Source: Chiloscyllium plagiosum (taxonomy: Eukaryota). Taken from it: a stretch of DNA of 64,000 nucleotides. Every line of letters begins with the position of its first letter. Positions within the stretch are counted from its first letter, which is position 1. Below, piece after piece: positions 39,541 to 53,399 of the stretch. The position numbers and the translations under genes were made by a program. The notes below the pieces were generated by a model, which saw only the letters and a program-made list of their open reading frames with translations, did not search any database and was not told the origin of the DNA. The DNA lies in the NCBI RefSeq assembly GCF_004010195.1, contig NC_057718.1, positions 84,257,586 through 84,321,585 on the forward strand. Direction: 5' to 3'.

Positions 39541-39594
39541 GTCTAGATCAAGGTCACGGTCCAGATCCAGGTCTCTGTCGAGACAGAGAAGCAG
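39541..39594 (+). CDS. SRSF7: SRSF7 exon 6 (RS domain)
   Basis: ctcttcatAG|GTCTAGA...AGAAGCAG|gttagt. 54 nt encoding SRSRSRSRSRSLSRQRS. Confidence 0.92.
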
Positions 39595-39804
39595 GTTAGT
39601 TTAGTTTTCTCCTTCCATTCTAATAATTGACAGGTGCACATTTGATAAGTTGTCAATTACGTAGGGGCTGTGTCAGATACAGTTGAGTCAAATATGATGC
39701 CTAGTTAAAGTAAAATTTAGAAGCCTATTTGAAGAAAGCTGTTTCAACAGTGCCCTCTAAACCATGACCTTTCGTATTACGAAGGATAAAGATAGTAAAT
39801 ACCT

Positions 39805-41280
39805 GGAAGAAGTACTAGGAACAATTCAGCCCCTCAATACTCTTTCCTGGCATCCGCCACATTCTGGGGAAGTGAATTCCAGAGATTCATGATCCTTTGA
39901 GAGAAGTAGTTTCTCATCACCTATTTTAAATTGCTATCCCTTATCCTAAAGCTATGACCTCTTGTTATAGATTGCCTCACAAGAGGAAACATCCTCTACA
40001 TCTATGTTGTCTGTCCCCTTTGGTGTCTTACATTCCTCAATAAGATCTCTCATTCTTAAATTCTAGAGAACGTTGGTGTAAACTGTTCAATCTCTTTTCA
40101 TAAGACAAACCATTGATCTCTGGTATCAATCTAGTGAATCACCTCTGAACTGTCTGCAAAGCCTCCCTTAAGAGCATGAAGACACTCTGCACTGTACTCC
40201 AAGTGTGGCCTCACTAATGCTTTGTACAGTTACGGCAACGCTTCCATACTTTCATACTCTATTACTTTCACAATGAATACCAAAATTCCACTTGCCTTTC
40301 TTATTCCCTGCCATACCTCATTCAGTTTCAGTGATTCATGTACAAAAACACCCAGATCCCTCTGCACTGAAGTACTGTGAAGTTTCTCTCTATTTAGTCA
40401 ATAGGGTTACCTTTCAGTTCCACTGACCACAAAGGCTGACTTCACACTTCTGTTATACACCATCTACCAAATTTTGACCCATTCACAAAATCTGTCCATA
40501 ATTCATTGGTAAATTTCTTGTTTCTTTATTGCAATTTAATTTGACTGATTTGTGTCATCTGCAAATTTGGTTTGTCTGCATGTCTATGTCTGCATTCAAG
40601 TCATTAATGTAGATTGTAAATAGTTGGGGCTTGAGGTCTAAACCCTGTGGTGCCCCACTAGTTACATGCTGCCAACCAGAAAAAGGCCCATTTATCCTAA
40701 CACTACTTTCTGTTGGTTAGCTAATTTTCTGTCCAAGCTAATAAATTATCCTTAACCCCATGTGACCTTGTGTGGCATAACCTATTGTGTGGCACCATAT
40801 CAAATGCCTTCTAAAAGACCTGATATAATATACATGTTGGATTATCTACTTCACTTGTTAAAATGTTTGAAGAACTCTAGCAAATTATTCAAACACTATT
40901 TACCCTCCATGAAACCATGCTGACTTTACTGGATTGGGTTATGACTTGCCAGGTGTCCTGTTATTAGTTCCGTGATAATGAATTCTAACAATTTCCCATT
41001 GACAGATATTCAACTAACTGGTCTGTTGTCTCATACTTTCTGCCTGCCTCTCTTTTTGAATAAGGGTCTTTATAATAGCAGTTTCACAATCCACTGGAAC
41101 CTTTCCTACACCCAGGAAATTTTAAAGTATTATAACCAATGGATCCACTATCTCTGTCGCTTCCTTTTAAGACCTAGGATGTAGGCCATTAGGCCCTGGG
41201 GATTTGTCTGTCTTAAAACTTAATAGTTAGTTCAATATATTTTCCCTACTGATCATTCTAAGTTCCTCCTTTTCTATAAC
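39805..41280 (-). mobile_element. Degenerate CR1 RT and 3' fragment
   Basis: Contains gtgtcatctgcaaattt (reverse complement KFADDT) and a CR1-type tail. Confidence 0.75.
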
Positions 41281-41873
41281 CTTTGCATTATTCTTCAAGC
41301 AGGCAGCAATTACATTAGTTATTGGGAGGAACTTTCTACCAATTTTTCAAAATGTTAACAACTTGTCCATCAAGCTGCACCACATTTTGGATCACAAACC
41401 TTAATGTGAGGCAGAGCAGTGGCAGAGAAGGAAAGGAGATCACTCTTGCTCTTGGGATTATGGGATACCCTGTTCTATGTGCCCAAAGATCTCTGGGTCA
41501 AGAATTGGTTTGTTTAGTCATATGAAGACCTGTGGCATAAACTCTTGGTCCTAAGTAGATGCCATCCTCGAGTCAAGGCAGAGCTGATGAAGAATGGGAG
41601 CTTTCGAGGGAGATTCAGCAGGTTCTACAGTATAAAGTATCTTGTCCAAAAAATATAGAGACAAAGATTGTATGACATGAGTTGGTGCTGCAATAAGCAA
41701 TTACATTAAAAGCACAAAGAGAATAACTCTATTGGCTTGCTACGATGTTGAAAATAGACAATTGAGAGACTTGCATAGATGTGAAATAATTTACTCACAA
41801 GTGGGGAATATGTTTAATCTGAAGGTAATACATTTTGTTGCTGTCAGCTAGCACCTTTATTTTGTTTTAATAG

Positions 41874-41921
41874 GTCTCTATCTCCCTTAAGAAGATCCCA
41901 GTCTGGATCACCGGTTCGAAG
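41874..41921 (+). CDS. SRSF7: SRSF7 exon 7 (48-nt RS/SP exon)
   Basis: ttttgttttaatAG|GTCTCTATCTCCC...GTTCGAAG|gtgagg. Phase 2-2, encoding SLSPLRRSQSGSPVR. Confidence 0.8.
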
Positions 41922-42916
41922 GTGAGGAAACTAAATAAAACTCTTTTAAAACATTTAAGTTTTCCTAATGTTTGCCCTCCAATATCAGTTTATAAGTGGG
42001 GCTTCTGATGCTTCAGGGTTTTCCATAACTACATACAAGGTAGTTATGGACTTGCTCCCAACTATCTAAAAGTAAAGTTGAGCCAGTTGGTGATAGCTGT
42101 GCAAAATTAATATGTATAACTGTTTATCTGTCATTTCAGGGATTCTACTATTAAAGTACTGTTAACATAGCTGTGATCGGATGTCTTGCATTCTAGTCAT
42201 TGCATGTTAAAATACACAAATGCTTTCTGTGTTATGGGAGCCAGGTTCCAAATGGGTATTGTTTTATCGGTGCGGCCTGAATTTGAATTACGCCCAAACT
42301 GATCATTTGAGTTTTTGATTAAGTCAGCTTGGTCATTCTGAACCCTTGCACTACACAATTGCCCACCAATTAGTGAAGTTGGTTAATACAGAAAATTTGA
42401 AAAAAGGCGATATTATTTTGAGATTATTCTGTTGTTCAGGTAAATTAGAGGGAGTTTCACTCTGCAATTTTCTTTGTGGTACCTGATGGGGTATGATGCT
42501 ACCCAGCTCCCCTCAAATAATATTCTTGAATGTTGGTGAAAAGAAATGTACTTGTACCTTTTTATATTGCATTCATCAATTGAAATACCAGAATGCCAAA
42601 TTTTAAACAATCTCAACAGTTTATAGTTTAGGAGAAAGGGTTGGCTTATGTGCGGTTGTGGTGAAAGCAATAGGGAATTAAGTTGCTCACACTTCCAGAT
42701 AATTTAAAAAGTGTGCAGGACTTGAACAGTATTTTGTTTGCAGGGAAACTGTGTAAAATGTGCAGTGTGTTTCTCGCCAGTGTAAATAAAGTAGGTTATA
42801 AGAGCAACACATTATCTTAAATTTATTTAGTGTAACTATTAGTATATTCTGAATTATCCTATATGTGATTGATCTGGATGGTTTGCTAACCTTTGTACTT
42901 TCATTTCTTAAAACAG

Positions 42917-42952
42917 TCGCTCAAAGTCAAGATCACTTTCACCAAAGCGAAG
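42917..42952 (+). CDS. SRSF7: SRSF7 exon 8 (RS domain)
   Basis: aaaacAG|TCGCTCAAAG...AAGCGAAG|gtaagg. 36 nt encoding RSKSRSLSPKR. Confidence 0.92.
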
Positions 42953-44244
42953 GTAAGGAATTATTTTTTAAGTAACATTTTATGCTCAATTACCATACAG
43001 TCTGACTTTGGTTTGGGGCACAAAAGATTAGGTCAATCAAAAAAGGTGGTTAAGTGACAATTTTAAAGTGGAAATACTGTTTGAAGGAGGAGAATTTCCA
43101 ACATAATTTAAGCAGATTGAATAGGTTTCAGTTTTGCCATTTTCTGTAATTTTGCATTGATTATAATGATCTGTGCTGATAATCTTCCACTAGATGGAGC
43201 ATGGTTAAATTAACAGTAATGAGAGGTATTGCATTTTTCTTTGTTAAACAAACAAACAACTTAAAACAAATTAAAGATTTGTGAATTAGGAATTTACAGT
43301 ACATGTGGTATTGTATTTCAATTTTGATGGTACAACTATAATTTTTAGTCTCTACATGAACCTAAGTTCAATTTTACCATTCCGTCACTGAAGTTGCAAT
43401 TTTCAGTAACGTAATCCTGAATTTGATGGCACCCTGTATCTAAGATCCTATCTGTCAAATTAGGCACAGCCTTAATTCGTGATATTTAGATAAAAATTGT
43501 TAAAGGTGTGTATGCTACGTTAAATAGGATAGATTACTTTAAAGGATGTTATTACTTGAAGATATCCACTATTAACAATTGAAATATTGTGTACAGTAGA
43601 TTCACCTGCCATACTTATTAGACATTTTCATGAAAGTAATTTATTAAAGTGAATGAAATAATGTTGTTTCATGTCAGATACCCTTACGTAAATGAAAGAT
43701 TTCACTTTAAAAATACAGCTTCTAAATTACTTTGTTCTCACTGAACAGCAATTATTTGGGATGGGAGGTTTCAAACACTTGGCATTGTCAAATTCCTAGA
43801 TGGCATATAGCGTAACACAGAGTGTGATATTTTGTCAAAAATCAGGATTCAAATGAAGAAGACACCACATACAAATTCTATACTCTTGCTTAACTCACTA
43901 CTTGAGATGGAGCATAATATGGAAAAATGAGAGTTTGTCCACTTTGGCAGGAAGGATGGAAAAGTAGACAATTATTTAAATGGAGAGACTGCAGAAAGCT
44001 GCAAGATAGCTACAGAGAGATTAGGGAAACATTATATAAATCACAAAAGACAAGCATACAAGTTCAGGTAATATGGAAGGCAAAATAAATCTTTATTCCA
44101 AATGGAATAGAGTACAAAAAGAGGGAAGTCTTGTTAAAACTGCAAAACATCGATTCAACAACAGTTGGAATAGTTTTGGCTCCTTTTCTTAGGAAAGATT
44201 GGAGGCAGTCCAGAGACAGTACGTTATGTTGATCCCAGGTATGG

Positions 44245-44316
44245 AGAGATTGCCTTATGAAGAGATTGCCTTATGAAGAGAGTACCTTATGAAGAGAGTG
44301 CCTTATGAAGAGAGTG
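44245..44316. repeat. Minisatellite, 16-bp unit, 4.5 copies
   Basis: agagattgccttatga twice, then agagagtaccttatga, agagagtgccttatga and agagagtg. Confidence 0.95.
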
Positions 44317-44943
44317 AGTAGGTTGGGCCTGTACACATTGGAGTTTAGAAGAATGAGAGGCAACCTTGTTGAAGCATAAGGATTCTTAGGGACTTAAGGT
44401 GGATGCTGGGAGATTGCTTCCTCTTGTGGGAGAGTCTAGGACTAGAGGACATAGGGTAGTAAATCTGTGAAATACATTTACTGTAGAGATTGGGTTATTC
44501 AGTATATTTGAGGCAACATAGAGGGTTATAAGGAAAAGAAGGGAAGTGGAGTTAAGGATCATCAGGTCAACCGTGATCTCATTGAGCAACAGAACAGACT
44601 CGATGGGCTGAATGTTATAGATGATGTTTCAGTACAGAGGGATGTAGATGTCCTCGATAATGAAATTTTAAAAAAAATCACTGTACAAATACAGCAAGTA
44701 GTTAGGAAGGCAGAGAATCTGTTGGCCTTTAAAGCAGAGGGATTTGAATATAAAAGTAGGGAAGTCTTGTTACAATTGTGCAGGACATTAATAAAACAAC
44801 AACTGTGGTACTGTAGAGTGTTTTAGTTGTCTTAAGGATTTGAGGCAGTTCAGAGAAAGTTCACTAGATTGATTCTTGGGATAAAGGAGTTGCTCAACAA
44901 GGATGGTATTCAGGAGAATGAGAGCTGTTTACTTTTTTTTAGT

Positions 44944-45241
44944 TTAGATTACCTACAGTGTAGAAACAGGCCCTTCGGCCCAACAAGTCCACACCGATCC
45001 TCCGAAGAGCAACCCATCCAGACCCATTGGGCAATTTGCACTATGGGCAATTTAGCATGGCCAATTCACCTAACCTGCACATTTTTGGACTATGGGAGGA
45101 AACCGGAGTACCCGGGGGAAACCCACGCAGACATGGGGAGAATGTGCAAACTCCACGCAGACAGTTGCCTGAGGCGGAAATTGAACCTGGGTCTCTGGCA
45201 CTGTGAGGCAGCAGTGCTAACCACTGTGCCACCACGCCGCC
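44944..45241 (-). mobile_element. tRNA-derived V-SINE (HE1-like)
   Basis: Close homologue of 8938-9243. Confidence 0.88.
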
Positions 45242-45554
45242 GATATGTAGTTTGATGGGGACAATCTAGAACTGGGGGGCACAGTTTCAAAATAAGATGT
45301 CTCATTTAAGATGGAGATGGGGAATTTCTTGAGGATTGTTAACCTTTGGAATTCTCTTCCCAGGTAAGCAGTGGTCATTGAATATATTTGAGGCTGTTAG
45401 ATTTTTGATCGGACATTAAGGGTTATTAATGCCTAGTTATGGGGGGGGCAGGCAGGAAGGTAGAGTTGACACCTCAGTCAGATCTGTCAAAATTTTATTT
45501 AATGGCCTTTTCCAATTGTGTTCCAGCTGTAGAAACATATTATAGCTCCTGGTT

Positions 45555-45728
45555 CCAGAGGAAGTGGTGGAAGCTAGTACAGTTGCAGCATTTAAAAGAC
45601 ATTTGGATGGGTATATGAATGCGAAGGGTTTGGAGGGATATGGACAAGTGGGACTAGATTGGGTTGGGATAATCTGGTAGGCATGGACAGGTTGGACCGA
45701 AGGGTCTGTTTCTGTGACTCTATGACTC
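45555..45728 (+). mobile_element. CR1 extreme 3' tail
   Basis: ccagaggaagtggtggaagctagtacag...gactctatgactc, the same family as 10490-10687. Confidence 0.75.
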
Positions 45729-45874
45729 AATGTCATTTTTGCAATTTGGCCTTCAGTGCAACTTAATAATAATGCAACTGATTAAATTCCAACTTCATTC
45801 ATAAAATATTGTCACCTAATAAGTGAGTTTGGCAAAAGCCTTGTGACAAGATCCTTAACTGTTCTGTTGGTCAG

Positions 45875-46669
45875 TGTTATGGACCAAACCAGACCCCCTC
45901 AAAACATTTCAAGAAAGTAGCCTGGACCCTAACTTTGCTAGTTGATTTAAGCAGGTGTAATGTGGATATTCCAGGTGTGATGCAGCTGTCCCAACCACTT
46001 AGCTTTAAACAAAACAATTTATTTGCAAGATTACTGAATGAAACACAATCAAAAGAGAGCAAAAATGATAAATGCACTCCCAGCGGTGGTGGTAGTCATA
46101 TATATTAGGGACATTTAAGTGATTCTTGGATATGCATGTGGAAGATAGTATAATGAAGGGTATGTCAGTTTGTTTGATCTGAGTAGGATAAAAGATCAAC
46201 ACAACATTGAGGGCCAGAGGGCCTGTACTTTGCTGTACTGTTCTATGTTAACAACCTGTCTGAAAACCCAACAGATTATCCCAACGTAATGATGCTGTTA
46301 CAAATACTTCCCATGAACACCCCTTGGCACAAAAGGAAAAGTCTAACATATATGAGTCCTCCAGGAGAGATGTCAGAGAGAGGGAGGATCGGCATGGACC
46401 TGCATCTTTGGATCCAGCAGCTTCATAACTCTGTTAGCCAAAACTAAACCAAACCAGAGAAAAGCTGAACTGGGAGAACTGGCCACTCCCCTTTCATTGT
46501 GCAAGTATTTTTGTTTGTTTCAGGAAAAATGTTTCATATTAATGTCCATTATAATCAAACTAGCCCAAAAGCTGTCCAAAACGAGACCTCCTGAAGTCTG
46601 TGTTTAGGAATCCTCTGGGAGGAAAAAAAAACAAGAACATAACCTTGTTAAAGGAACAGCATCATCACA
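45875..46669. mobile_element. Probable solo LTR with a nested CR1 tail (about 46071-46248)
   Basis: Starts TGTTAT and ends ATCACA (TG...CA imperfect inverted termini). Its first part recurs at 61466-61610. No clean TSD. Confidence 0.5.
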
Positions 46670-46802
46670 GTTAATAAACCAGTGAGTTTTACTCTGAGAA
46701 TAAGCTGAAGGAAATTGAGTCACATGAAATAAAGATGTAAAAATCAAATTAATTTTTCTAATTTTTAAATTTAATGTGATGAATTTTATTTTTCTCTTGC
46801 AG

Positions 46803-46857
46803 TCGTACACCATCTGAAAACTCTCGTAGAAGTGCAAGTCCTGACCGAAATGACTAA
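46803..46857 (+). CDS. SRSF7: SRSF7 last coding exon
   Basis: tttctcttgcAG|TCGTACACCA...AATGACTAA encodes RTPSENSRRSASPDRND*, resembling recalled human RSPSGSPRRSASPERMD*. The nine exons sum to 732 nt. Confidence 0.93.
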
Positions 46858-47186
46858 GTTGCAAAGCAGAACTTTAGAATGAATGTTTTTTGTTTACATT
46901 CTTTGAAGTTGTATGGGAATCTTAATTCTTTGTGGGATTTTGATTTGATTTTAAATGTAAGGGCTTATTTCTAAATTAATTTTTCATGCTTCCTTTCCCC
47001 CTTTGTGGAAAATATTTGGCGCGGGTAGGCCTGATTTTTTTTTAAAGAATACACATCTTAGAGTAGATACTAAATCTAGTAATCTGCATTTATTTTCCTG
47101 CATAACTGTGTTGTATTCTTTTGTTCTAATATCAGATTCCTCTCAGACCTGTTGAAGTGTATTACATTTTTGTATCTGGAAATAGA

Positions 47187-47196
47187 AATAAATAAA
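47187..47196 (+). terminator. Candidate SRSF7 polyadenylation signal (two overlapping AATAAA)
   Basis: aataaataaa about 330 nt after the stop, with U/GU-rich sequence downstream. An alternative AATAAA lies at 48343-48348. Confidence 0.5.
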
Positions 47197-48479
47197 TTGT
47201 CCTGAGAATTGTGACTTTCTCTAAATTTGCATGCATTTGTCAGAGACCTTTTGTGTTCGGACAAACCTACTGGTTGTACAGGTAGTTCTTTAATGCAATG
47301 GTTGTGTTCTTGTGCAACCCTCTGTTATAGAAAAATCACACTTTGCCAACACTAAGTGCTGTTTCTAATGTAACTGCGTAATAGCCAACAAGTTTTAAGA
47401 GTTTGCACTTTAGAAACACTGTTCCCAATTCATCAATTTCGTTACAGTGAATTCACATTAACAAAATGCGCATGATAGCAAAACAACCTGTAATTCTTTG
47501 GCGTTGCTCAGGCTGGTCAAATTTCAGAATGGTGGGCCGTGGAATGTTTGATCAGGGAATATTGTGAATTGGATCTCAAATTACTGCAACAGGAACTTCT
47601 TGGAACATGCTTGATGAGGCAATATGTTAATTAGGCTTCTGAATTACCAATCAAATCCCAATACAACAGCAGGGGACCTAAATCCAGTGGCTTTTTTTTG
47701 ATTATCAGCCATGATGAATGTGAAGCTATTTCCTGCATGTAAAAGCAAATCTAGCTTAATGATTTACATGAGTAATTATTTTAGCTGTCCTGTAGCAACA
47801 TAGTTGACTCTTCTTAATTGCCATCTGAATTGATCTAACAAGCAACTCAGTTGCATAGGGCTAGTCTTGCCAACAATACCTGAATTGTATGAAATAATTA
47901 GGACCAGTGGGATGGGAATGAACAGCAACCTTGGAATTTGAAAACCTTGAGAGATTCTGATAAGTTGAAACAGGGGACATGTTATTTTGTGGCTTGAGAG
48001 CAAAGGAGAACTGAGAACAGTATGAAGAAGAACCTTCTGGGTTCCAGCAATAATGTGGGCAAGGGTGAGGAATTTAGAACCGCAGTCTGGAAGTATTGGC
48101 AGTTGCTAGGATATTCCAATATGGAGAAGGAAGATAGAATCCGGCTTCACTTTGTGAAGTAGCAAGACTGGGGTGAATAGGATTGAAATTGGTATCACTG
48201 TTTCTCAAACCATCTACCCTTGAACCTTCTCCCCAAACAAATCTAACAAATCCTTTTGTGCTAAAAAATATTAAACCCATAACTGCTACAATCATCTGAT
48301 ATAACTTGGTTAAAAGAATTGAGTGCGAATTTAAAATTAATGAATAAAACTTCAGGGCTAGAAGTCTTTGAAAAAAAACTGGAAAATTTATTGAACTTCA
48401 ACATAATTGCTGTCCTCTAGCCTAACAATTTTCTGTAAAGGTGTTGTTACAAATTAGTTATTTATACTTTCCTGTAAAC

Positions 48480-50700
48480 TGTACTTAAGTCTCAAGGGTC
48501 AATAATTAGAGGGCACAAATTTTAGATAATTGGCTGAAGAACCAGAAAATGAAGGGAAGATGATCAGCTGTGCCTTATGATTTGGAAAGCATGGCAGAAG
48601 TAGATTCAACACCTTTCAAAAAGGAATCGAATAAGAACTTGAAGTGGAACATTTTTCGGGGCTAATTTTGTGATTTGATTAATATAAATAGATACGAATT
48701 TTAGATACTGTTTGACTGGGCTTTTGGTAAGAATTGCTGATATGTGAAGAACTGTGATTGCACGACAATGGCATGGTAACACTGGAATGCATGCCTTAGA
48801 CGAGATGCACATAATAGATGCAGTGTCATGAAGAGTGAATGAGGGCAGTGGACAGACACTTGTCAGATGTGACTCCATGTTGCCCCATGTCAGAGTCCAG
48901 GATATCTCAACAGCTACAGGAGAAAGCAAGGGCATTTTGAGTGGGGAAGGGCTGAACAATAGAAGTAATAGTCTGTGTTGGAACCAATAACAGGAAATGA
49001 GGTCTTGCATGTGGACCTGTAGTAAATTGAAAAAGCAGGATTCTAAAGGTAGTAATCATAAGATTGCTCCTTATACCCACAGTAGTGAGTCTTTGTATAG
49101 AGCATTGGAGCAGATGAATTTGTGGCTGGAGAGACTGTGGGGAAGTTTAAGATTTCTGCGGCATTGGGAGCAGTGGGGAACTACTACGATGGGTTACAGT
49201 TGAACAGGAATGGGGCCAATACCTTGGCAGTGAGGTTTGTTAATGCTGTTGCAGTGCTTGTAAACTACTGTATATTAAATGGGATTCCTACAATTAAAGG
49301 GCAGAGAAGTTGACGTGTTTTTGTAAGTTAAAATGAGTCCAGTCTGAAAAACTGATGAAATGGTCTAGATAGAGTGAATTTAGCAAGATTGTTGGAATAG
49401 CTTTAATGCAAGAAGCCTGAGGAATAAGATGTCACATGCAGACAGCAGTATGATGTCATCTGAGACTTGGCTGAAAGTTCAGCAGGATTGTCAGTTCAAT
49501 ATTCCTGGATATTGAATATTCAGCTGAGAGAGAGTAGGGTATTGCAATATTTATTGGAGAACCGATTAAAGTAATGAGAAGAGATGATTGATGTCTTGGA
49601 AAGATTCTCAAATGAGGCCATGTGGGTAGAAGTAAAATAAATCATAAGGGACTATCTGCAGTGGTGTGTACTATAGATGCCAAAACAGAAGGGATAGAGG
49701 ATGAAATTTCATAAAGTGTAAGAATAATAAGAATGGAACGCTGAAATATTAAAGAAATTAATTTGAGAGAAGAGATACTAGGGTTTAGCAGCCTTAAAAA
49801 TTGATAAAGCTGGATGCCCAGGTGCGATGTCTTCCAGGCTGTTAAGGAAGGCAATAGAGGAAATAAGAGAGGCCCTGGCAGTAATTTTCAATTGCCCTCT
49901 TAACACTGTTGAGGTGCTTTTTTTTTTAAAGGCAGGAAGGAATAGCCCAGGAGGTGACAGGCCAGGCCAATTAGTCTAACCTCAGTGGATAGGGAACTTA
50001 TTAGAACGTCCTGAGGGATATATCTGTACTTGCAGAGACATGAGTTAATCAAGGTAGTCAAGGATTGGTTAAAGGATGGTCATTTCTATCAGATTTAATT
50101 GAATATTGAGATTGCCAGGTGTGTTGATGAGGACAATGCATTTGATGTAATTTATATGGACTTCAGTAAAGTTTTTGATAAGGTCTGTCCAAGTAGACTG
50201 GTCAAGAAAGTAAAAATCCATGGGATCCAAGAGAGAATAGTACATTAAATCCAGAACTGGCTGAGTGTCAGGAAGCATAGGGTGATTGTAGACAAATATG
50301 ACTGGAAATCTGATTTGAGCAAGGTGCCATGAGTCTGAGTGCTAGGGTCCTTGCTGTTTGTGATGTACATTAATGATTTGGATTTAAATGTAGGGGTATG
50401 ATCAAGAAGTTAATTGATGATATGAAAATTGACAAAGTGATAAATAGCATAAATGGGGCTGGTTAGTTTACAGAGCAGTGACAAATGAAATTCAGCCTGG
50501 AAAAAAATGAGGTAATGCAGATAGAGTGGGCTAACAAGGTGAGGAATTACACTGTAAATGGTAGGACCCTGGCAAAGTACTGAAAACCAGAGGGATCTTG
50601 GTGTGCATATCTACAGTTCCTTGGAAGTAGCAGGGCACTTCAATAAAGTTATGAAGCAGATATATGGAATATTTGCCTGTATTAGCCAAGGCATACATTA
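48480..50700 (+). mobile_element. Highly degenerate CR1 (ORF1 to RT pieces)
   Basis: ctttaatgcaagaagcctgaggaataag (FNARSLRNK), gagacttggctg (ETWL), tatatggacttcagtaaagtttttgataagg (YMDFSKVFDK). Confidence 0.7.
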
Positions 50701-50949
50701 CAAGAGTAAAGAAATATCCCTCTAAACCATTCCTATTCATGTATCCATCCAGATGCCTTTTAAATGCTGTAATTGTACCAGCCTCCTCCACTACTTCTGG
50801 TAGCTCATGCCATACACACACTACTCTTTGTATGAAAAATGTATGTTTTAAGAAACTAAAGATCCGTATAATGTCTAAGTGGTTCAATAATATGAATGGT
50901 GTAACTATCCAGAAATTTATATCTCACATTGGTTTTCTCATTTCATAGG

Positions 50950-53300
50950 TGTTTTGAGATCTAGCATTTTTTTGTGTTGACTGTTGTCCTCATGCCCTTT
51001 TACATCTTCCCATTATCTGAGTGTATGTTTACATGTACACTATGCACAACTAAAATGTTGTACAGTTTCCTAAGTTGGCTTGTTTCTCCTCCATGTTCCA
51101 CAAGATATTGCAACTTTGTAGGATCTAGGTTTACTGCATTCTTTAGGTACCCTTAATCTCTATGGCTACTCGTATACTCTGTGCAAGGTGTATGTTTCTG
51201 TCATTTTAAACTGGATTAGACAGGTATATCTGTACTCATGCACTTCTTCCATTGTAGCTTGTTTCTTGAGAGGTTTGAAATATATTGCTGAGAACTTGGA
51301 CAGATTATGATTTGACTGACTTGTTCTAACTTACTGTCCAAACTTGGGCTTACCATCACCAGCACACATTGTTCCAGAGGTGTAACATAGCAATATGAAA
51401 ATCTTTTTCATCACTTTGCACTTTGACAGTGTGAACATTCATTTGGCCAGACTGTTAGATCGGAGTTAACATGGCGAGGCTGTTATGTGGCTTCTACTTG
51501 CTATCTTATGGCCCATTGTCAGATGTGATTCTTGTAGTGGACTAGACAAACCATACATTGAATCCATTGTGTCTATCACCGATGCACTTGAAGTGTCCTT
51601 TAACTATCTAACAATTATAAGTTTGTAAAAGTTGTCATTAGCTAGCAGAAAATCATCACCATGTACAGGAATAAATCTATACGATTTTCGACCAAGAGTT
51701 TACTGGAAGCTTATGAGCAGGTAGGACTGATAAATTAAACTGCTTTTACTTCAATGCAAGAGGCCTAGCAGGAAGGTAGATGAACTCAAAGCATGGTTAG
51801 GAACATGGGACCAGGTTATCATTGTAATTACAGAGACATGGACAGGATTGGCAGCTTGAATAGGAAGGGTTTAGAGGGATATGGGCCAAGCGCTGGCAAA
51901 TGGGACTAGATTAATTTAGCATATCTGGTCACCATCGACGAGTTGGATCAAAGGGCCTGTTTCTGTGCTATATTTCTCTGTGACATTATCTGTGATTTAG
52001 AAATTCTTTGTGCTGTGATCAGTGACTCTGGTATTCCTTGCTGACTTCGCAGGACAGCCATCTTATTCGCTCTATGTCCGTGCCCTTAATATAGCTGTGA
52101 CACATTTGGCTTTTTATCTGCCTTTAAAACATATGATTCTTTGGATACCTAGTTCATGTCAGAATGTCTGGCACCTCTTTTAATATGTCAGACAACCCTT
52201 CTGTTTTTTTTAAAATAACTAAATTAGATAGAATTAGTGTAGACGATCTCTAAAAGGGCATCATAACAAACATCAACATTTCAAGCAGAATTTACAGATT
52301 GAAATCCGTATAATCTCTGGGGTAGTGAGATGGTGCACCCAAGCTCCTGTGGCAACCTTGAATCATGGAAGGCCTGAAGTGTAACCAGGGACACCTGGTT
52401 TCGGGTGTAACCATAGAGGAGAGGCAGGCAGTGATCCCCTCCATAATCCACTGCCCGACCTGTTCATTACTGCCTTGCCCAAACCCAAGAGCAAAGATGG
52501 TAAGAGGTCTGATGCACCAGGTGTCTAAAGATTGGGACCATGGGGCTAAAGTCAAGCAAAAGTTTAAAAGCAGAGCCTTTAGAAACCAGAAGATATAGAC
52601 TCCAGGCCTTATTCGTACATGCCTTGTGGGTTCTTTGGTATAGCAACAATTCCAGGTAGACTGAATCCATGAACCAACTTAATCTATGGTTGCATGGGAC
52701 TGCTGTCTGCACACCCTTAATCCAAGATCCCTGATGATAAGGAGGATGATTCCTGCATAGTGACCCGTCAATCAGGGACCTCCACTACTACTTTTAGGCA
52801 AAAATGGAAGGACACATAAGGTGTTTCCTTGAGATAGCTCAAGGTTTGGGGCACAGATTCCCAAGAGACATTTTGGGGACTATGTGAAGTTCCCTGTGAA
52901 AGGGGGATGAGTTTAGACCGATATCAAATAATGTGAGTCTTTCATGCTGTACTTTGGAATAGTTGGATTATGATTGTATTTGTATCCAAAAGTCTACCAC
53001 AATTGGTTGGCAAATCTCATAATGTGCACTCCTAACACATTCTGGGATGCACTAATTTCCAGAATTGCCATTTTCCTTGTATCAGTTCTGTAGGATAGAC
53101 AATTCTGTTGACAACTCTTGAAGATTCAAACATATTGATGGTCCTTCTGCTACACGCAAGATACAACTTCCCTTAGTTCTCTGAACAATGATGCTTTATT
53201 AGAAAGGTTTGGTATGTATAGTGCTGGTAAGACTCTATAGTCATTTGTAACTTATTGTGGTTGACTACTATTGTCATGTAATCTCAACCAGTCTATGAAG
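50950..53300 (-). mobile_element. Possible very old LTR-retrotransposon pol remnant with a CR1 insert (about 51720-51985)
   Basis: Reverse complement of about 51508-51528 reads atcacatctgacaatgggcca (ITSDNGP, integrase core-like). Otherwise only patchy. Confidence 0.3.
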
Positions 53301-53399
53301 CAGACTGGCAGATGCCAGTCGATGTCACTGAAGCAGATTAGCAGCTGTTAGAAGGGCAACAGCAGGAGACAAAAACCAGGAACCTTCAACCTGTTTCTA

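Larger units (their letters stand above)
43900..45545 (+). mobile_element. Two consecutive degenerate CR1 3' fragments
   Basis: Decayed RT C-terminal motifs occur twice (about 43900-44615 and 44625-45545). The second is split by a SINE. Confidence 0.65.

Noticed and set aside
44245..44316. Regular short direct repeats resembling a CRISPR array
   Set aside because: The 16-bp units are contiguous with no spacers and arose by slippage inside a CR1 remnant in eukaryotic DNA.
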